Assembly (NCBI RefSeq): GCF_001194135.2
Contig: NC_069006.1
Coordinates: forward strand, 17,893,800 to 17,957,799
Direction of reading: 5' to 3'
From: Octopus bimaculoides
Taxonomy: Eukaryota
DNA length: 64,000 nucleotides
The notes beneath the pieces were generated by a model, which saw nothing but the letters and a program-made list of their open reading frames with translations, searched no databases and was not told the DNA's origin. Of the stretch, positions 37,861-51,689 are shown one piece after another. A program made the translations under genes and the position numbers. Numbering within the stretch: position 1 is the stretch's first letter; each line of letters begins with the position of its first letter.

Positions 37861-38879
37861 AATGATGATGATGGTCATGATGGTCATGACTTTGATGATG
37901 ATGATGATGTCAAAGATGATGATTTTTCTCACCTATGCACAAAGTTCGAAATGTGGTTTCCGTGTGTGTGTGTGTGTAATTGGCCCCCAGTATATGACAG
38001 CTACTCCTTTCATCAGCTTCCACTGGATGAAAGGCCATGTCAACTATGGTATAAAAGAGTAATTTACTAACATTTAACTGATTCCAGTCACGTTCAAACA
38101 CTCCTTGCATCCAATTTCATTGAAATCCATCATATTCCCTGTTTCTTTTTGTTGATTCCACAACTATTTCCATCTACCAGCCATGCCCCTCCCCTCTTTT
38201 CATTCTCCCCAAATGCCATGTCATGCCATATTTCTCTCCTAAAAGGCGGCTGTCCTCCTCCTCCTCCTTGCTGTCTTTGAAATCCTATCTCCATGTTTTT
38301 CTGTGATGGGAGTGAGGGAGGCAGGGGGATGGAATGGTTTCCAAATGTCTGTTACTGTATTGTATTGCCAGCATCATCATCATCACCACCACTACTACTA
38401 TCACCACCGTCATCATCACTATCATAACCATTGTCATCATCACAACCACCACCATCATCATCACCATCATCACCATTATTACAACCATCACCACCGCCAC
38501 CACCATCATCATCATTGTCATCATCAGGACTGATGTACCAAGCACCAAATATACAGTCACACCACAGTACCATGCACCACACTACACCATACTCCCTCAC
38601 ACCATGGTACTCTACGTGGTTGCTCTACCTGCTATGAATGGCAGCCAAATCTTTCTCGAATCGCAAAGAATATGTTGAGTAATGTGATCCTAGTTCCTTG
38701 TAAAGAGAGTCAGAGATAAAAAAAAAAAAACAGGATGGTCACATTTGGAATGTCTTTCATAATCAACTTGCTGACCCCCCTGGGGCGGGGGGTGGGGGTG
38801 TTGTGACACACTACATCGCTCACCTCCATTGCACCACAGCTGCTGCTACCAAGATGTTTACACTTTGTAGGCCAAATAA

Positions 38880-39135
38880 CAGCTCTTGCCTTCCTCTTCT
38901 TCCTCCTCGTCCTCTTTTCCTCTCCTTTCTCCTCTTCCTCCTCCACTGTTTCCTCATCTTTTTCTTTTTCCTCCTCCTCTTCCTCTTTCTCACCTTTTCC
39001 TTTTCTTTCTCTTTCTTTCCTCTTCCTCTTTCCCCCTCTTCTTGTCCTTTCTCCTCTCATTCCTCCTTTTCTTCTTCCTCCTTCTCCTCCCTTTTCTAGC
39101 CCCCTTCCTCCTTTTCCTCTTCCTGCTCCTCTCTT
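38880..39135. repeat. Long polypyrimidine (CT/CTT/CCT) tract
   Basis: Direct reading; similar tracts at 42990-43270 and 17620-17760. Confidence 0.9.
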
Positions 39136-39288
39136 ATCACTACAGTGGTGGTAGCAGTGGTAGTGGTGAAGTAGTATTGGTTGTAGTTGATCTGAAGATT
39201 AATGTTTTATTCATTTCAACAAAGGTTACATTTCGTATATTCTCTGCTTCTACATCAAGAGGAAAATTTTTATTGCTTTTTCTTTCTG

Positions 39289-39332
<44 letters not shown>

Positions 39333-39430
39333 ATGAACTGTGCATGTATACCTGTGTGTAAGTAACAGTATGGTTGTTGGCAGCCAGTCAAGACCTGTTC
39401 TGTTTTTACTTGAGTTTGGGTTTGTGTGTC

Positions 39431-39462
<32 letters not shown>

Positions 39463-42400
39463 TCATCATCATCATCATAACATCCACTTTTCTGCTTGTA
39501 ATTCAAAGGGTCAGCCTTGTCACATTCTGTGTCATGCTGAGTCTCCCTGAGAACAACTTAAAGGCTATGCCTGTCTGAGGTGTGCTCAGCCACTNNNNNN
39601 NNNNNNNNNNNNNNNNNNNNNNNNNNNNNNNNNNNNNNNNNNNNNNNNNNNNNNNNNNNNNNNNNNNNNNNNNNNNNNNNNNNNNNNNNNNNNNNNNNNN
39701 NNNNNNNNNNNNNNNNNNNNNNNNNNNNNNNNNNNNNNNNNNNNNNNNNNNNNNNNNNNNNNNNNNNNNNNNNNNNNNNNNNNNNNNNNNNNNNNNNNNN
39801 NNNNNNNNNNNNNNNNNNNNNNNNNNNNNNNNNNNNNNNNNNNNNNNNNNNNNNNNNNNNNNNNNNNNNNNNNNNNNNNNNNNNNNNNNNNNNNNNNNNN
39901 NNNNNNNNNNNNNNNNNNNNNNNNNNNNNNNNNNNNNNNNNNNNNNNNNNNNNNNNNNNNNNNNNNNNNNNNNNNNNNNNNNNNNNNNNNNNNNNNNNNN
40001 NNNNNNNNNNNNNNNNNNNNNNNNNNNNNNNNNNNNNNNNNNNNNNNNNNNNNNNNATCCAGCTGTAGAAACTCTGCCAAATTAGATTGGAGCCTGGTGT
40101 TGCCATCCGGTTTCACCAGTCCTCAGTCAAATCGTCCAACCCATGCTAGCATGGAAAGCGGACGTTAAACGACGATGATGATGATGATGATGATGATATA
40201 TCACTCATTTACCATGCACTTTTCCATGGTTCAGTCCAGGTTTATTTGAGGCAGATTTTCTATGGCCAGATGCCCTTCCTGTTGCCAACCCTCACTTGTT
40301 TCCAAGCAAGGTAACAGTTCCCCATGGCAAGATGAGGCAAATAAGACGTCTTGGTTATCCACTGCATCATCAGTCATCTTAACCATCATCAGTCATCTTA
40401 ACCATCATCAGTCGTCTTGACCAGGTCTTGCCACTGGATTTAAGATGGTCATGACTCTTCTCTTAGTACAAAACAGCTGTGCAAGTCTTCCATAATCCTT
40501 AAGGATGGCCAGAAGGATGGCCAGAAGGATGGCCAGTGAATGAACATGATATACATATGTTTTTTGTTTTGTGTGTGTGTTTGCTAACATTGAAAAGAAA
40601 ACTTTAAAATAGATGTTTGAACAAAGTCCTCTGTGGTAGTTCTGCATCAAGTTACAAACACTTCCTTGTCATACTGTTAGAAATACAGTGAACCAGTGAG
40701 TGGCTCAGTGAAAAACTCTCGTCAACAAAACTTGTTTGCCTAATAGGACATTAAACACACACGCACACACACACACACACATGCAGCCCACCCTCTCCTT
40801 TATGGCATACTTTTGGTGATATTGTTGTTTAATCCTTTAGTATTTCAGATTATTTTGTCAAATATAATACTTATTTATTCACTTTGATTTGAATTAATCA
40901 AGTATTATCTCGTAGCTTTGAGATTTCGATGATACGATTGTATATTTTTTAGAATAACATTTGAGGATAGGTGTGAGAGGCTGAATCTGGCCAGTTTGAA
41001 CATTAAACAAGTAGAATATTTTAGCCAGATATGACCGGTTTAAATGCTAAAGGATTAAACCCAGGTCAGTCCTGGTCAGACTTCTGATCAAAGATATTCT
41101 AACCATGACCATCACATCTTTCTATAGTGATGTAGAACCACTTTATTCCATCTTTTGTATTTTAATTCTTACTTAATTCAGTCATTGAACTGTGGCCATG
41201 CTGGGGCACTGCCTTGAAGAGTTTTTAGTTGAACAAATCAACCCTAGTACTTATTTTTATACCTATTACCTATACTACGAAAACTGCTAAGTTACAGGAA
41301 TGCAAACAAACCAACACTGGTTCTCATGCAGTGGTGGGTGACCAGCACTAAGGCACACATTCATAGATAGATATTTATAAACATATCATGTAAAAGCACC
41401 CACTACACTCTCGGAGTGGTTGGCGTTAAGAAGGGCATCCAGCTGTAGAAACTCTGCCAAATCAGATTGGAGCCTGGTGTAGCCATCTGGTTCACCAGTC
41501 CTCAGTCAAATCGTCCAATCCATGCTAGCATGGAAAGCGGACGTTAAACGATGATGATGATGATCATCATCATCATTGTTTAACATCCACCTTCCATGCT
41601 GACATGGGTTGGACGGTTTAACAGGAGTCAGCTAGGTAGAAGACTACCCCAGACTGCTGCATCTGTTCTGGCAGGAATTTTACAGCTGGATGCCCTTCAT
41701 AACACCAACCACCTCACAGAGTGGACTGAGTGCTTTTTACATGGCACCAGCACAGGTAAGATGAGTTTTGGCATAGTTTTTACTGCTGGATGCCCTTCCA
41801 AATGCCAACGACTTCACAGTGTGGACTGGATGCTTTTTATGTGGCACCAGCACTGGCTGGGTCACCTGGGTTACGTGGCTGGGTCACCGAGTAACTTGCA
41901 AGACAAAGAATTTTGGGAGAATGTGGAATAATTGTTTTTTGAAATTGATTAAAGCTATAAATAATAGTTTCTGTCCATCATAAAGGCTTTGGTTGGCTCA
42001 GGCCTATAATAAAAAACATTTGGCCATGGTACCATGCAGTGGAACCGAACCTGGAACCAGTTATTAGGAAGCAAACTTCTTACCACACAGCCACACCTTG
42101 TGTACTTTCTTCTTTTAAAAAAAAAAAGAGACACAACAGGTTATCATCTGAAGAATTTTAGCTGCACTTTCTTGCAAGCTCAGCAACCACATGCTGGCCC
42201 TATTGTTTGCTACATTGTTCCGCCATGCCAAGTTCTGTGGTGTTTGTTGTATCACCATGTTGGTTGTGTTCTATTGTATTCTGTTGTTCTGTCTGTTGCG
42301 TTGTGATGTATGTGGCCTTCTGTTGTATGATATTGTGACACGCAGTGTTGTGATGCGTCGGTTTTTACGGCGTTTTGTTGTGTTCTGTTGTGTTGTGGTG

Positions 42401-43003
42401 TGTTGCTTTCTGTTACGGTTTGTTGTCATGTGAAATCTTATGCTGTCTTCTGTTGTGATGCATTAGTTTCTACTGTTTTGTTCTCTTGTGTTGTGAGATG
42501 TGTCATGTTGTGAGATGTCCTGTTGTGTTGTCATGCTAATAGTTTTGTAATATTAAATACACATGTGTGGTGTTATTACACACAAAGCTCTGTTGGTGGG
42601 TAGACAGAGGGTTAAAATAAACCTCACAATTACCTCTGTCTCCTGCTTCTCCGGGAGGAAGGGGTGGATTGTTTTCTCAGCAGTCACTCCTGCAATTTAT
42701 TTCTCCTCGACCCACCACCCTCATCAGTTGCCCCCCCACTCCGCAACCCATCCCACCTCCTAGCAGCCATTGCTGCAATACTTCTCCTCCTCCTCTTCCT
42801 CCAGTATTTGCATTTCACCCTACCGCTGCCTCCTCCTACCTGGGGTTGTTTTTTTTGTTTTTTTGTTTTCCCAGCAGTTGCTGTTGCAGCACTTCACCTT
42901 TTCCCCAACAGTGAATAACTGCAACACACCACCACTGTTTTTCCTTCTGCCATTTCACAGCAGTCACTGCTGCAACACCCTGTCCTCCACACACCCCTCT
43001 CTT

Positions 43004-43054
<51 letters not shown>

Positions 43055-43438
43055 TTCTCTCTCCAGCAGTTAACTGTGGGACCTCCCCTTCTCTCTACCT
43101 CTCTCTCTCAACTCTCTCCAGTCTCTTGGAATATGCCAAGTTACTGTGATGTTTATCACCTTTCCCTGTATCTCACCCCCACTCTCTCTCTCTCTCTCTC
43201 TCTGCCATTCTCCCTTTCTTCCTCCTCTCCATCTCTTTTTCCTCTCCATCCATCTCTCACTCTCTGGTGTTCTCCATGCATCTCTGCCTCCATCTCTTGC
43301 GGCCTAATTGTTAACGAGTCGTTACATCAGACTAACTGATCACAGCTCATGTTCTCAGCAACTATATTTCAGTTGACACAGCTAATTAAAAGCTAATTAT
43401 AGTAAAAATGATTTAAGACATTGGCCATGTCAGTATGT

Positions 43439-43487
<49 letters not shown>

Positions 43488-43779
43488 AATCTAAATTTCC
43501 ACCGTTTTGCTGTACTAATTGAAGCAGCCATCACCGCCATCACCCTCCCTGACTCATTCCCTTACCTATCACTATCAGCATCAGAAATTATTATACCATT
43601 TTCTTGCTGCCTTAATGATGCTGCTTCAAGAAGCAAAATGGTTTTAACTTTCATCAATTAAGTCAAAGAGAACTTGGAACGTAATGTTGTCGCTAATCAC
43701 TCTCTTTTGCCTCTGATTCGATGCAATCACAACACACTTTGATTCTGCTGTAATAAACATTCATATTTGATGTAGAGTG

Positions 43780-44180
43780 TTGTGTGTGGCCATGTCAAGT
43801 GTGCCCGTCTTGTGTGCGGCCATGTCGTGTGTGCCCATATAGTGTATGACTGTTGTATGTGCCCCTATATAGTGGGTCCATGCTGTGTGTGCCCATGTTG
43901 TGGTAGGAGCCATACTCTGTCATATTTGCCCATGTTGTTTGTGCTCTGTCATATTTGCCCATGTTGTTTGTCTCATATTTGCCCATGTTGTTTGTGCTCT
44001 GTCATATTTGCCCATGTTCTTTGTGCTGTATCATATTTGTCTGTGTACTGTTGTGTGGGCTGTGTCGTATTTGCCCATTGTTGTGTGTGTTCTGTCTTAT
44101 TAGCCTGTGTTGCATGTACTTTCACATTTGCCCTTGTTGTGTGTGCTGTGTCATTTTTGCTCATTTCTTGAGTGTGCCAT
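43780..44180. repeat. Minisatellite, ~29 bp unit (tgtgctctgtcatatttgcccatgttgtt)
   Basis: About 13 units, best conserved at 43910-44015. Confidence 0.85.
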
Positions 44181-47100
44181 TTTCTGTATGCTTGCTGACA
44201 GAGGAGAAAGCTCTCACTGTATCTTCCCTCTACACCAACAGATGAAGTTACAATGCTCCCTCACATTCCCCCCAATTCTCTGGACATATATAAATTGCGT
44301 TCGATATTGCTTTCACTTATGGCAGCCAACTCTGTGTTTTGAGTTCAAATTCTTCTGATGTCTACCTTTAATACCTCTGACTTGATAAAATAAAATACCA
44401 ATCAAGTACTGAGATCAGCAGTATCAACCCCCGCTTCTCAAAATTGCTGGCCTTCTTCTTAAATCTGAAACCATTTTGGAAGTTATGATAGTTACTGTTG
44501 ATTAGTCTCAAGTCAGAGTGGACCTTTTATCAAAGGCATCCCAGCCATGACCATCCCTTATATAAGGTGTTTATGTATCTTTTAATCTTATATCTTTTAC
44601 TTGTTTCAGTCATTAGACTGTGGCCATGCAGGGGCAACAGCTTGAAGAATTTTTAGTTCAATGAATTGACTTCAGTACTGTTTTTTTTAAAACCTGGTAC
44701 TTATTCTGTTGGTCTCTATTGTTGAACCACTAAGTTAGAGGGACATAAATACATCAACATGGTTAAGTGGTGGAGGACAAATACAGATACAAAGATACAC
44801 ACATGTACACATGACAGGCTTCTTTCAGTTTCCATCTACCAAATCACAAGGCTTTGGTCAGCTTGAGGCTATAGAAGACATTTGCCTAAGGTACCATGCA
44901 ATGGAACTGATCCAGGAACCATGTGGTTGGGTAGCAAACTTCTTACCACACAGCCATGCCTGTACCTATGGCTACAATATTTAATTTGTCTTTATATGAA
45001 TTGGAAGGCTGTGATTTGAGGGAGATTTGTCTGTTATTACTTGCAAGTCCAGTGACCATGTAAGAGCTCATTGTTGATGTGAACGTTGGGTAACTTGTGT
45101 TACAGCCAAGTCATAGTTACCTCATGGTTACCTCAAGAGTCAGGGATGAGGGAGGCAGTAGTAGTAGATTTCTTGTCATCATATGGGCTAGCTTAACGCT
45201 TTTGGGTTTAAACCGGCCATTTCTGGTGCAAATACTCTACCTGCTTTATGTTCGAACCGGCCAGATTCAGCCCCTCAACCTAATCCCACAATGTCATTCT
45301 AAAAATATACAATCACATCATTGAAATCTTGAAGCTACAAAATTAAGTGTGGTTATTTAAAAACAATGTGGATAAATAATCATTTCATTTGACAGGGATC
45401 TGAACACTAAGGGGTTAAAGTGTAGACATGCACATTGTGGATGGGGTCACTGCCCAACCTTCTCAGTGCTCTCTCTCTCTCTCTCTCTTCCTCCTCCTCC
45501 TCCTCCTCCTTCCTCCCCCTCTCCCTCTTTCTCTACTGTCAGTAAATGTAGGCCTCAAGCTCAGAATTGATGAGAATTACTATCTTTTGCGAGAAGAAGG
45601 ACAGTCAATCATCTTTACCACCACCACCACCATCATCATGATCATCACCACCATCATCATGACCATCATCATCATTTTATTAAATGTGCTGTTTATATAT
45701 AACTTAAATCAAATGATAGTCACTGCTTGATTGAATTTATCAATATCATAAAGGTAGGACTTGGAGAAGAGAGGAAGTGGGTGTAGTTAATAATAATAAT
45801 AATGATGATGATGATGATGATGATGATAATGAATTCATGTCTGCACGATAAATAACATATAGGCCCATTTTAATTAGTAGAGAAAAGCAACAGCCAATCA
45901 AAACACGTCTTCCACTTGATTACTGGAATGGTTAATGATTGCTGTGTTAATTTAGCAAGATTTTTTTCATGTTTTTTTTTTTTTTTATAGTTTTTATATT
46001 TTGCTTTTTTTAAATCTAAATCGATGTTTGTTATCAAATACGAATTTCTGGAGAAAAGCTGTTTTATGCAGTGTAGTGAAAAATAGAAAAAGAAAAGAAA
46101 ATAGAGAGAAAGAAAAGAGAAAAAAAAGTTTTTAAAAAATCAAAAACTTTGAGATAGTGTAAGAATTGAATTGAAGTAATTCCATCGATAAATGAAGATA
46201 ATTTGGTCAAAGAACCAAAACAGAAACACAAGTAAACAGAGAGTAATATAGTTGAGGTGAGAAAATTTAGTATGAAGGAAGCAAATATGGCTGTCATCGT
46301 CATCATCATCATCATCATCATCATCACCATCATCATTATCATTCAACATCCATTTACCATGATGGCATGGGTTGGACAGCTTGGCAGGAACTGGCAAGGC
46401 CAGGGGTCACACTAGGATTCCATAGTTTGATTTGGTTTGGTTTTTACGGCTGGATGCCCTTCCTAATGCCAGCTATTTTACAGAGTGTACTCGGTGATTT
46501 TTATGTGGCACCATCACCAGTGCTTTTATGTGTCACCAGCACCCACATCACCAGTGCTTTTTATGCAGCACCTTGGTTTTCTCTTGTGGTTGTAGGTCTT
46601 CTTGAGTACAACAATTACACCACATATCTCAGTCTTCTGTTGTAGTTAAGAAATTGGCTTCCCAACCACATGGATTTAGCTTCAGTTCTGCTGCAAGATA
46701 CTTTGGGGAGGTGTCTTTTGCTACAGCCCTGGACCAACCAAAACCTTGTGAGTGGATTTGATAGATGGAAACTGAAAGAAACTTGTTGTATATGAATATG
46801 TATATATGTGTGTGTATCTTAGTGTCTGTGTTTGTCCCCACTACCACTTCACAACCAGTGTTGATGTGTTTATATCCTCATAACTTAGCAGTCCAGCAAA
46901 AGACGCTGATAGAATAAGTACCTGGCTTTAAAAAAATAATTATTGGAGTTGTGTTGTTTGACTAAAAAATTCTTCAGGTCAATGTGCTCCAGAATGGCTG
47001 CAGTCTAATGACTGCAACAAGTAAAAGATAAAAGATAGGTGTATGTGTGTAGTTGTGAGTGTCACCATCATACAGTTGATGTTCTTCATTTCCAATCTTC

Positions 47101-48084
47101 CTTAAAAACATGTCTGGTCATGGAGAAATATTAACTTGGAGATAGGAGAGGGCATCTGGCTGTAGAAAATCTACCTCAACAAATTCCATCCAACCCATGA
47201 GAGTATAGACCTGTTAAATGGTCTAACTCATACCAGCATGGAGACCAGACATTAAATTATGATGATGTATTGTCCATCTGATGGACTCTATCACTTGTGG
47301 CTGCAACAGTGGTCTTGGTCTCGTAAAACTCAGTTTAAATTTTTTTTTTCTGGAAGTTGTTTATCATTCACCTCACCCTGTATTATATCAATTACACCTG
47401 CTACTAAAAGGTGATGAGCTGGCAAAATCGTTAACATCCCAGAAAAAATGCTAAGCAGAATTTCTTCCAACTTTGTTCTGGGTTCAAATTCTGCCAGGGT
47501 CGACTTTACCTTTCATAAGTACCAGTTAATCACTGGGGTCGATGTAAGTTGGAACCAATATTATTTTTAAGGCTGTGAGCTGGCAGAATCATTAGTACAC
47601 CGAGCAAAATGCTGTGGCATTTTATCTGTCTTTATGTGCTGAGTTCAAATTCTGCCAAGGTCAACTTTGCCTTTCATCCTTTTGAGGTCAGTAAAATAAG
47701 TAGCAGTTATTCACTGGGGTCCATGTCACTAACTTACTCTCTCCCCCGAAATTTGAAACCAATACCACACCTGCTGCATCTGTGTTCAACCATCAATAAT
47801 TTAATACATTGACCATACAACAGTGGTGATGGTTTTTATTATTATTATTACTCATTTTCATTAAACTCAAGTGCAGAATTCAGTGTCTAAATATTTTCAA
47901 CCAATAGATTATTTAAACGAATTTAATTTATCACCAACCCCTAAAGGGGTGAAAGGAAATGTTTACCTTATTGGAATTTGAACATAGAACACAAAACTGG
48001 AAAAAATGCCACTAAGCAGAATGTCCAAGCGGTCATTTGTTTCTTAGTATCAAGATCAATGATAGACCTGTTTACGCTTTAGAT

Positions 48085-48375
48085 CGAGTTTCCTCAATCT
48101 GTACAGATGTTCCTCCAATAATCCCGGTCCTCCGTTGCAGACTTCAACTCCGGGATCTGATAAGCCACTGTCAATCATTGGTCTGTCAACATATGTTGTA
48201 GCCAGTCAACCTCTACTCTCATAGCCATGCATTGGCTCCCAGAGTAGCAGATCCTTGATGCCTTTGTTCCTTACAGTTAATGCGGCTGTTGTTTATCCCT
48301 GCCCCTTTAGGGCAGCCTTAATATATCCGAGATGTTATAGTTTTAGATCTCCCAGGTTGGCTCTGATCCAACTTG
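48085..48375 (-). mobile_element. Decayed RTE-clade LINE C-terminal fragment (third lineage)
   Basis: Minus strand KDLLLWEPMHGYESRG*LATTYVDRPMIDSGL, frameshifted to QIPELKSATEDRDYWRNICTD*; matches LLLWEP.HG.R.RGRP..TY.D..DR..WR. Confidence 0.75.
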
Positions 48376-49976
48376 TTGTTGTTTTATTGATCATCATCAT
48401 CATCAACAGTAGCTTCGTTTGGGTCTGCTTTTTATCTTTTGTTTTCTTTTATCCCTTGTCTCACTCATTAGACTGTGACCATGCTGAGGCACACCTTGAA
48501 GAATCGACCCCAGTGCTTATTTTTTTAAAGCCTGGTAGTTATTCTGTCAGTCTTTTGTGCCAAACTGCTAAGTTACAGTGACATAACACACCAACACCGG
48601 TTATCAAGCGGTGGTGGGAGACAAACACACACACACACATACGCATGACAGACTTCTTTCAGCTTCTACCAAATCCACTCACAGGGCTTTAGTCATCCTG
48701 AGTCTATAGAAGACACTTGCCCAAAGTACCGTACAGTGGGATTGAACCTGGAGCCACATGATTGGGAAGCAAGTTTCTGACCACAGAGCCACACCTGCAC
48801 CTGTGTATACTAAAAAAAAACTCAGGGCAGTAACCTGTAGGACAATGATAACTGGGTGATATTATTTCAACTCAGACAATCAGCAAACAGATACAGAATG
48901 TTGGTCTATTATTTCATTATACACACATACGTAACATACGTTTATAACATAACATTATCATAGATGTGTGTGTGTGTGTAGATAATGATGTGTGTGTGTG
49001 TGTGTGTACATTTATGTTTATATATTTATATCAGTACTGTGAACAAACCAATTGAGATGTAGTTTAGATAGATAGTAACACAAACGAGAAAGTTAACAGT
49101 GTGTGAAACCAATTATAATGTCACATGAATGTTTAAAATATAAGGTGAACGAACATGTGAGCTGCTAAATCTAGCTAACATAATATTTTGTCTCAGAATG
49201 TGTGTGTGTGTGTGTGTGTTTGTGTGTGTGATGTATAACAAGGCTGGTTGAAAATAATTGTCATGTCTTATTAATTGTCAATGCCTTTTGTGGTTTGCAG
49301 TTGGCAAATTGACTGCATGCAATCGAATTGACGTGTTTTCGGCAGCACACACAATATTGAAACAGTAGTAGTTATTGCATTAAAGCACCAAGTATTCTTC
49401 ATTGATTCCCCTGTTGGTTGGTGGCCATTGTCTCCGATTCTATTACTGCTATTGTCACCGAGCAGTCAGTGAGACACAAAGAGAGAGAGAGAGAAAGAGA
49501 CATATAAACGTATAAGCTCTTTCTTTTCCTTCTCTCTGTCTTTCCGTGGAAATGGATAGCAATGCAGGTTTCGTTATTTGAATTACCATTTTGAAAATGA
49601 AATGGAACCTCTTCTTTTGTCCTCTTTCTTCGTATTTTTCTTCTTCTTCTTCGTCTTCTTGTTCTGTCATCTTTCTTCTTCTTCTTCTTCTTCTTCGTCT
49701 TCTTCTGTTCCTACATGCCTTGTTCAATTGCTTTCAGCTGTGAGTCAGCAGACTAGCTTTCAATTCCACCCTGCCATTCTGTTGGCAGTTATGTTGTGTT
49801 GCTGAATATTAAAAAACAAATTGGAAGTATAAAAAAAATAATAAAAAAATATTTGGGAAAGAAAATAAATAAATAAAAAGTAAAATAGATAAATAAACAA
49901 ACCAAATTTACCAAAAGAAAAGGAGAAAAAAACGGGAAAAAATATGCAACAAAAAAAAACAAATCAAATCAAAACC

Positions 49977-50007
<31 letters not shown>

Positions 50008-51379
50008 CCACTGCCACCACCAGTATTCTCTTATGTTTAGCAATTCCTCTTTGATATCCAGCATTTTACCATAAATGACACTTCAAAGCAAGACAAGCAT
50101 AAAATCTAATGCAATCTTTTGAACACTACCCATATAAAATGACTCAACGTTACTGCAATCTTTCTGATCCGACGCCAATCAGCTTCTCTCTCTTTCTCCT
50201 CCCCTCTCTCTCTCACTCTCTCTCTCTCTTTCTCTGTCTACATGCCCCCCCCCCCTTCTTCTGTTCCATCCTCCAGCTTTACCTCATTAGACGNNNNNNN
50301 NNNGCCCCCCCCCCCTTCTTCTGTTCCATCCTCCAGCTTTACCTCATTAGACGCGATGGATTTTTACTCTGTGGTTGGGCGTTGAGTCTGGTTTAATGGA
50401 AGCGGCGTGTTGGTGTATGAACGCAGAATGCAAGTTGTAAAACATTTATTGATTAAGTCGATAGTCTTTTGTTTCGATTCATTGCAATTTACACACGTGC
50501 CTTATTTAATTAACTCTGCTCATTTCCCTCTATGTTCCTTGTTTACAATGGCTCCACAGAATCCTGGTTTAATATTATCTTTCTACCTACCTACCTTACC
50601 GACCTATCTATATACCTAGCTATCTATCTCTCTACCTACCTACCTACCTCCCTACCTTATCTTATGCCTTACTTTTACCTATTGCCGAACACAACGACAC
50701 ACTTTTGTTTTCTGATCTTTTCAATAGCTCAGGATAAAATGAAAAGACAATCTAATTAATGTGCTGTTCAATTAGTTCCATTAATTACTTCACAATTTGC
50801 TTTCCTCCGCTAATTGCCTCTCCTTTGCAATCTTTGTGTCTCTTCAGCTTCGATATGCTCACATTTCATATAATCACATGTATCAAAAGATCTATATCCA
50901 CACTTTTTACTGTCATGAGGACAACAACAACGATGATGATGATGATAATTATCATCATCATCATCATCATCGTCATCGTCTTCATCATTGTCATCAATCA
51001 TGTCAGCAGTCTGAAAGCCAATTATTTATTCTATTCAACACTGTTGGGCCTAGTTTTCTTTACTAATGAGCCTGTCTTTCATCACTACTTTGCACCAATA
51101 TATTCTGGAAACAATGATTATGGAGTGATCGCAGTTGAATAATGCTGAATATGGTGCTGGCGGTAGTAGCAGTGGTGGTGGTGGTGGTGGTGGGTGTGGT
51201 TGTTTTCGTTGTTTAGCCCTAGGTCAGTCATGTTCTCTTAGACCTATGATTAAAACTGTTCCAATTGTGACCATCCCGTCTTTTATTCTGACATGGCTTG
51301 TATTATAAGACATATAGTATAGTGGTTAGTATAAGTGGTCAACTTTTTCAGAGCGCTATTAACCGGTGTCCCCCTCAGC

Positions 51380-51545
51380 TTTCAACAACGAAGGTTCCAG
51401 TTGATCCGATCAACAGAACAGCCTGCTCGTGAAATTAACGTGCAAGTGATTGAGCACTCCACAAACATGCATACCCTTAATGGAGTTCTCAAGGAGAATC
51501 AGCGTGACGCAGAATGTGACAAAGCTGGCCCCTTTGAATTACTGG
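51380..51545 (-). mobile_element. SINE-B-related 3' fragment (inverted relative to 51781-52160)
   Basis: aggttccagttgatccgatcaacagaacagcctgctcgtgaaattaacgtgcaagtg...ctggcccctttgaattac. Confidence 0.8.
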
Positions 51546-51689
51546 TACAACTCATCTTTGCCATCTGAATGAGCTGGAGCAACGTGAAATAAAGTATCTT
51601 GCTTAAGGACATAAGCATGCCGACAGGAATCAAACTCACATCACAAAAGCTGTTGGAGTTCTGATTGTTTCACCCTTCTCAGTTCTGAT

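Noticed and set aside
30636-39365. Poly-Met/His/Ile/Ser/Gly and YI/HT-repeat ORFs
   Set aside because: Translations of micro- and trinucleotide repeats; no splice or composition support.
22720-44180. Regular 29-40 bp repeats as CRISPR arrays
   Set aside because: No unique spacers, degenerate units and a eukaryotic context; they are minisatellites.
50244-50353. Exact 50-bp duplication
   Set aside because: Flanks a 10-N gap (50294-50303); assembly artefact.
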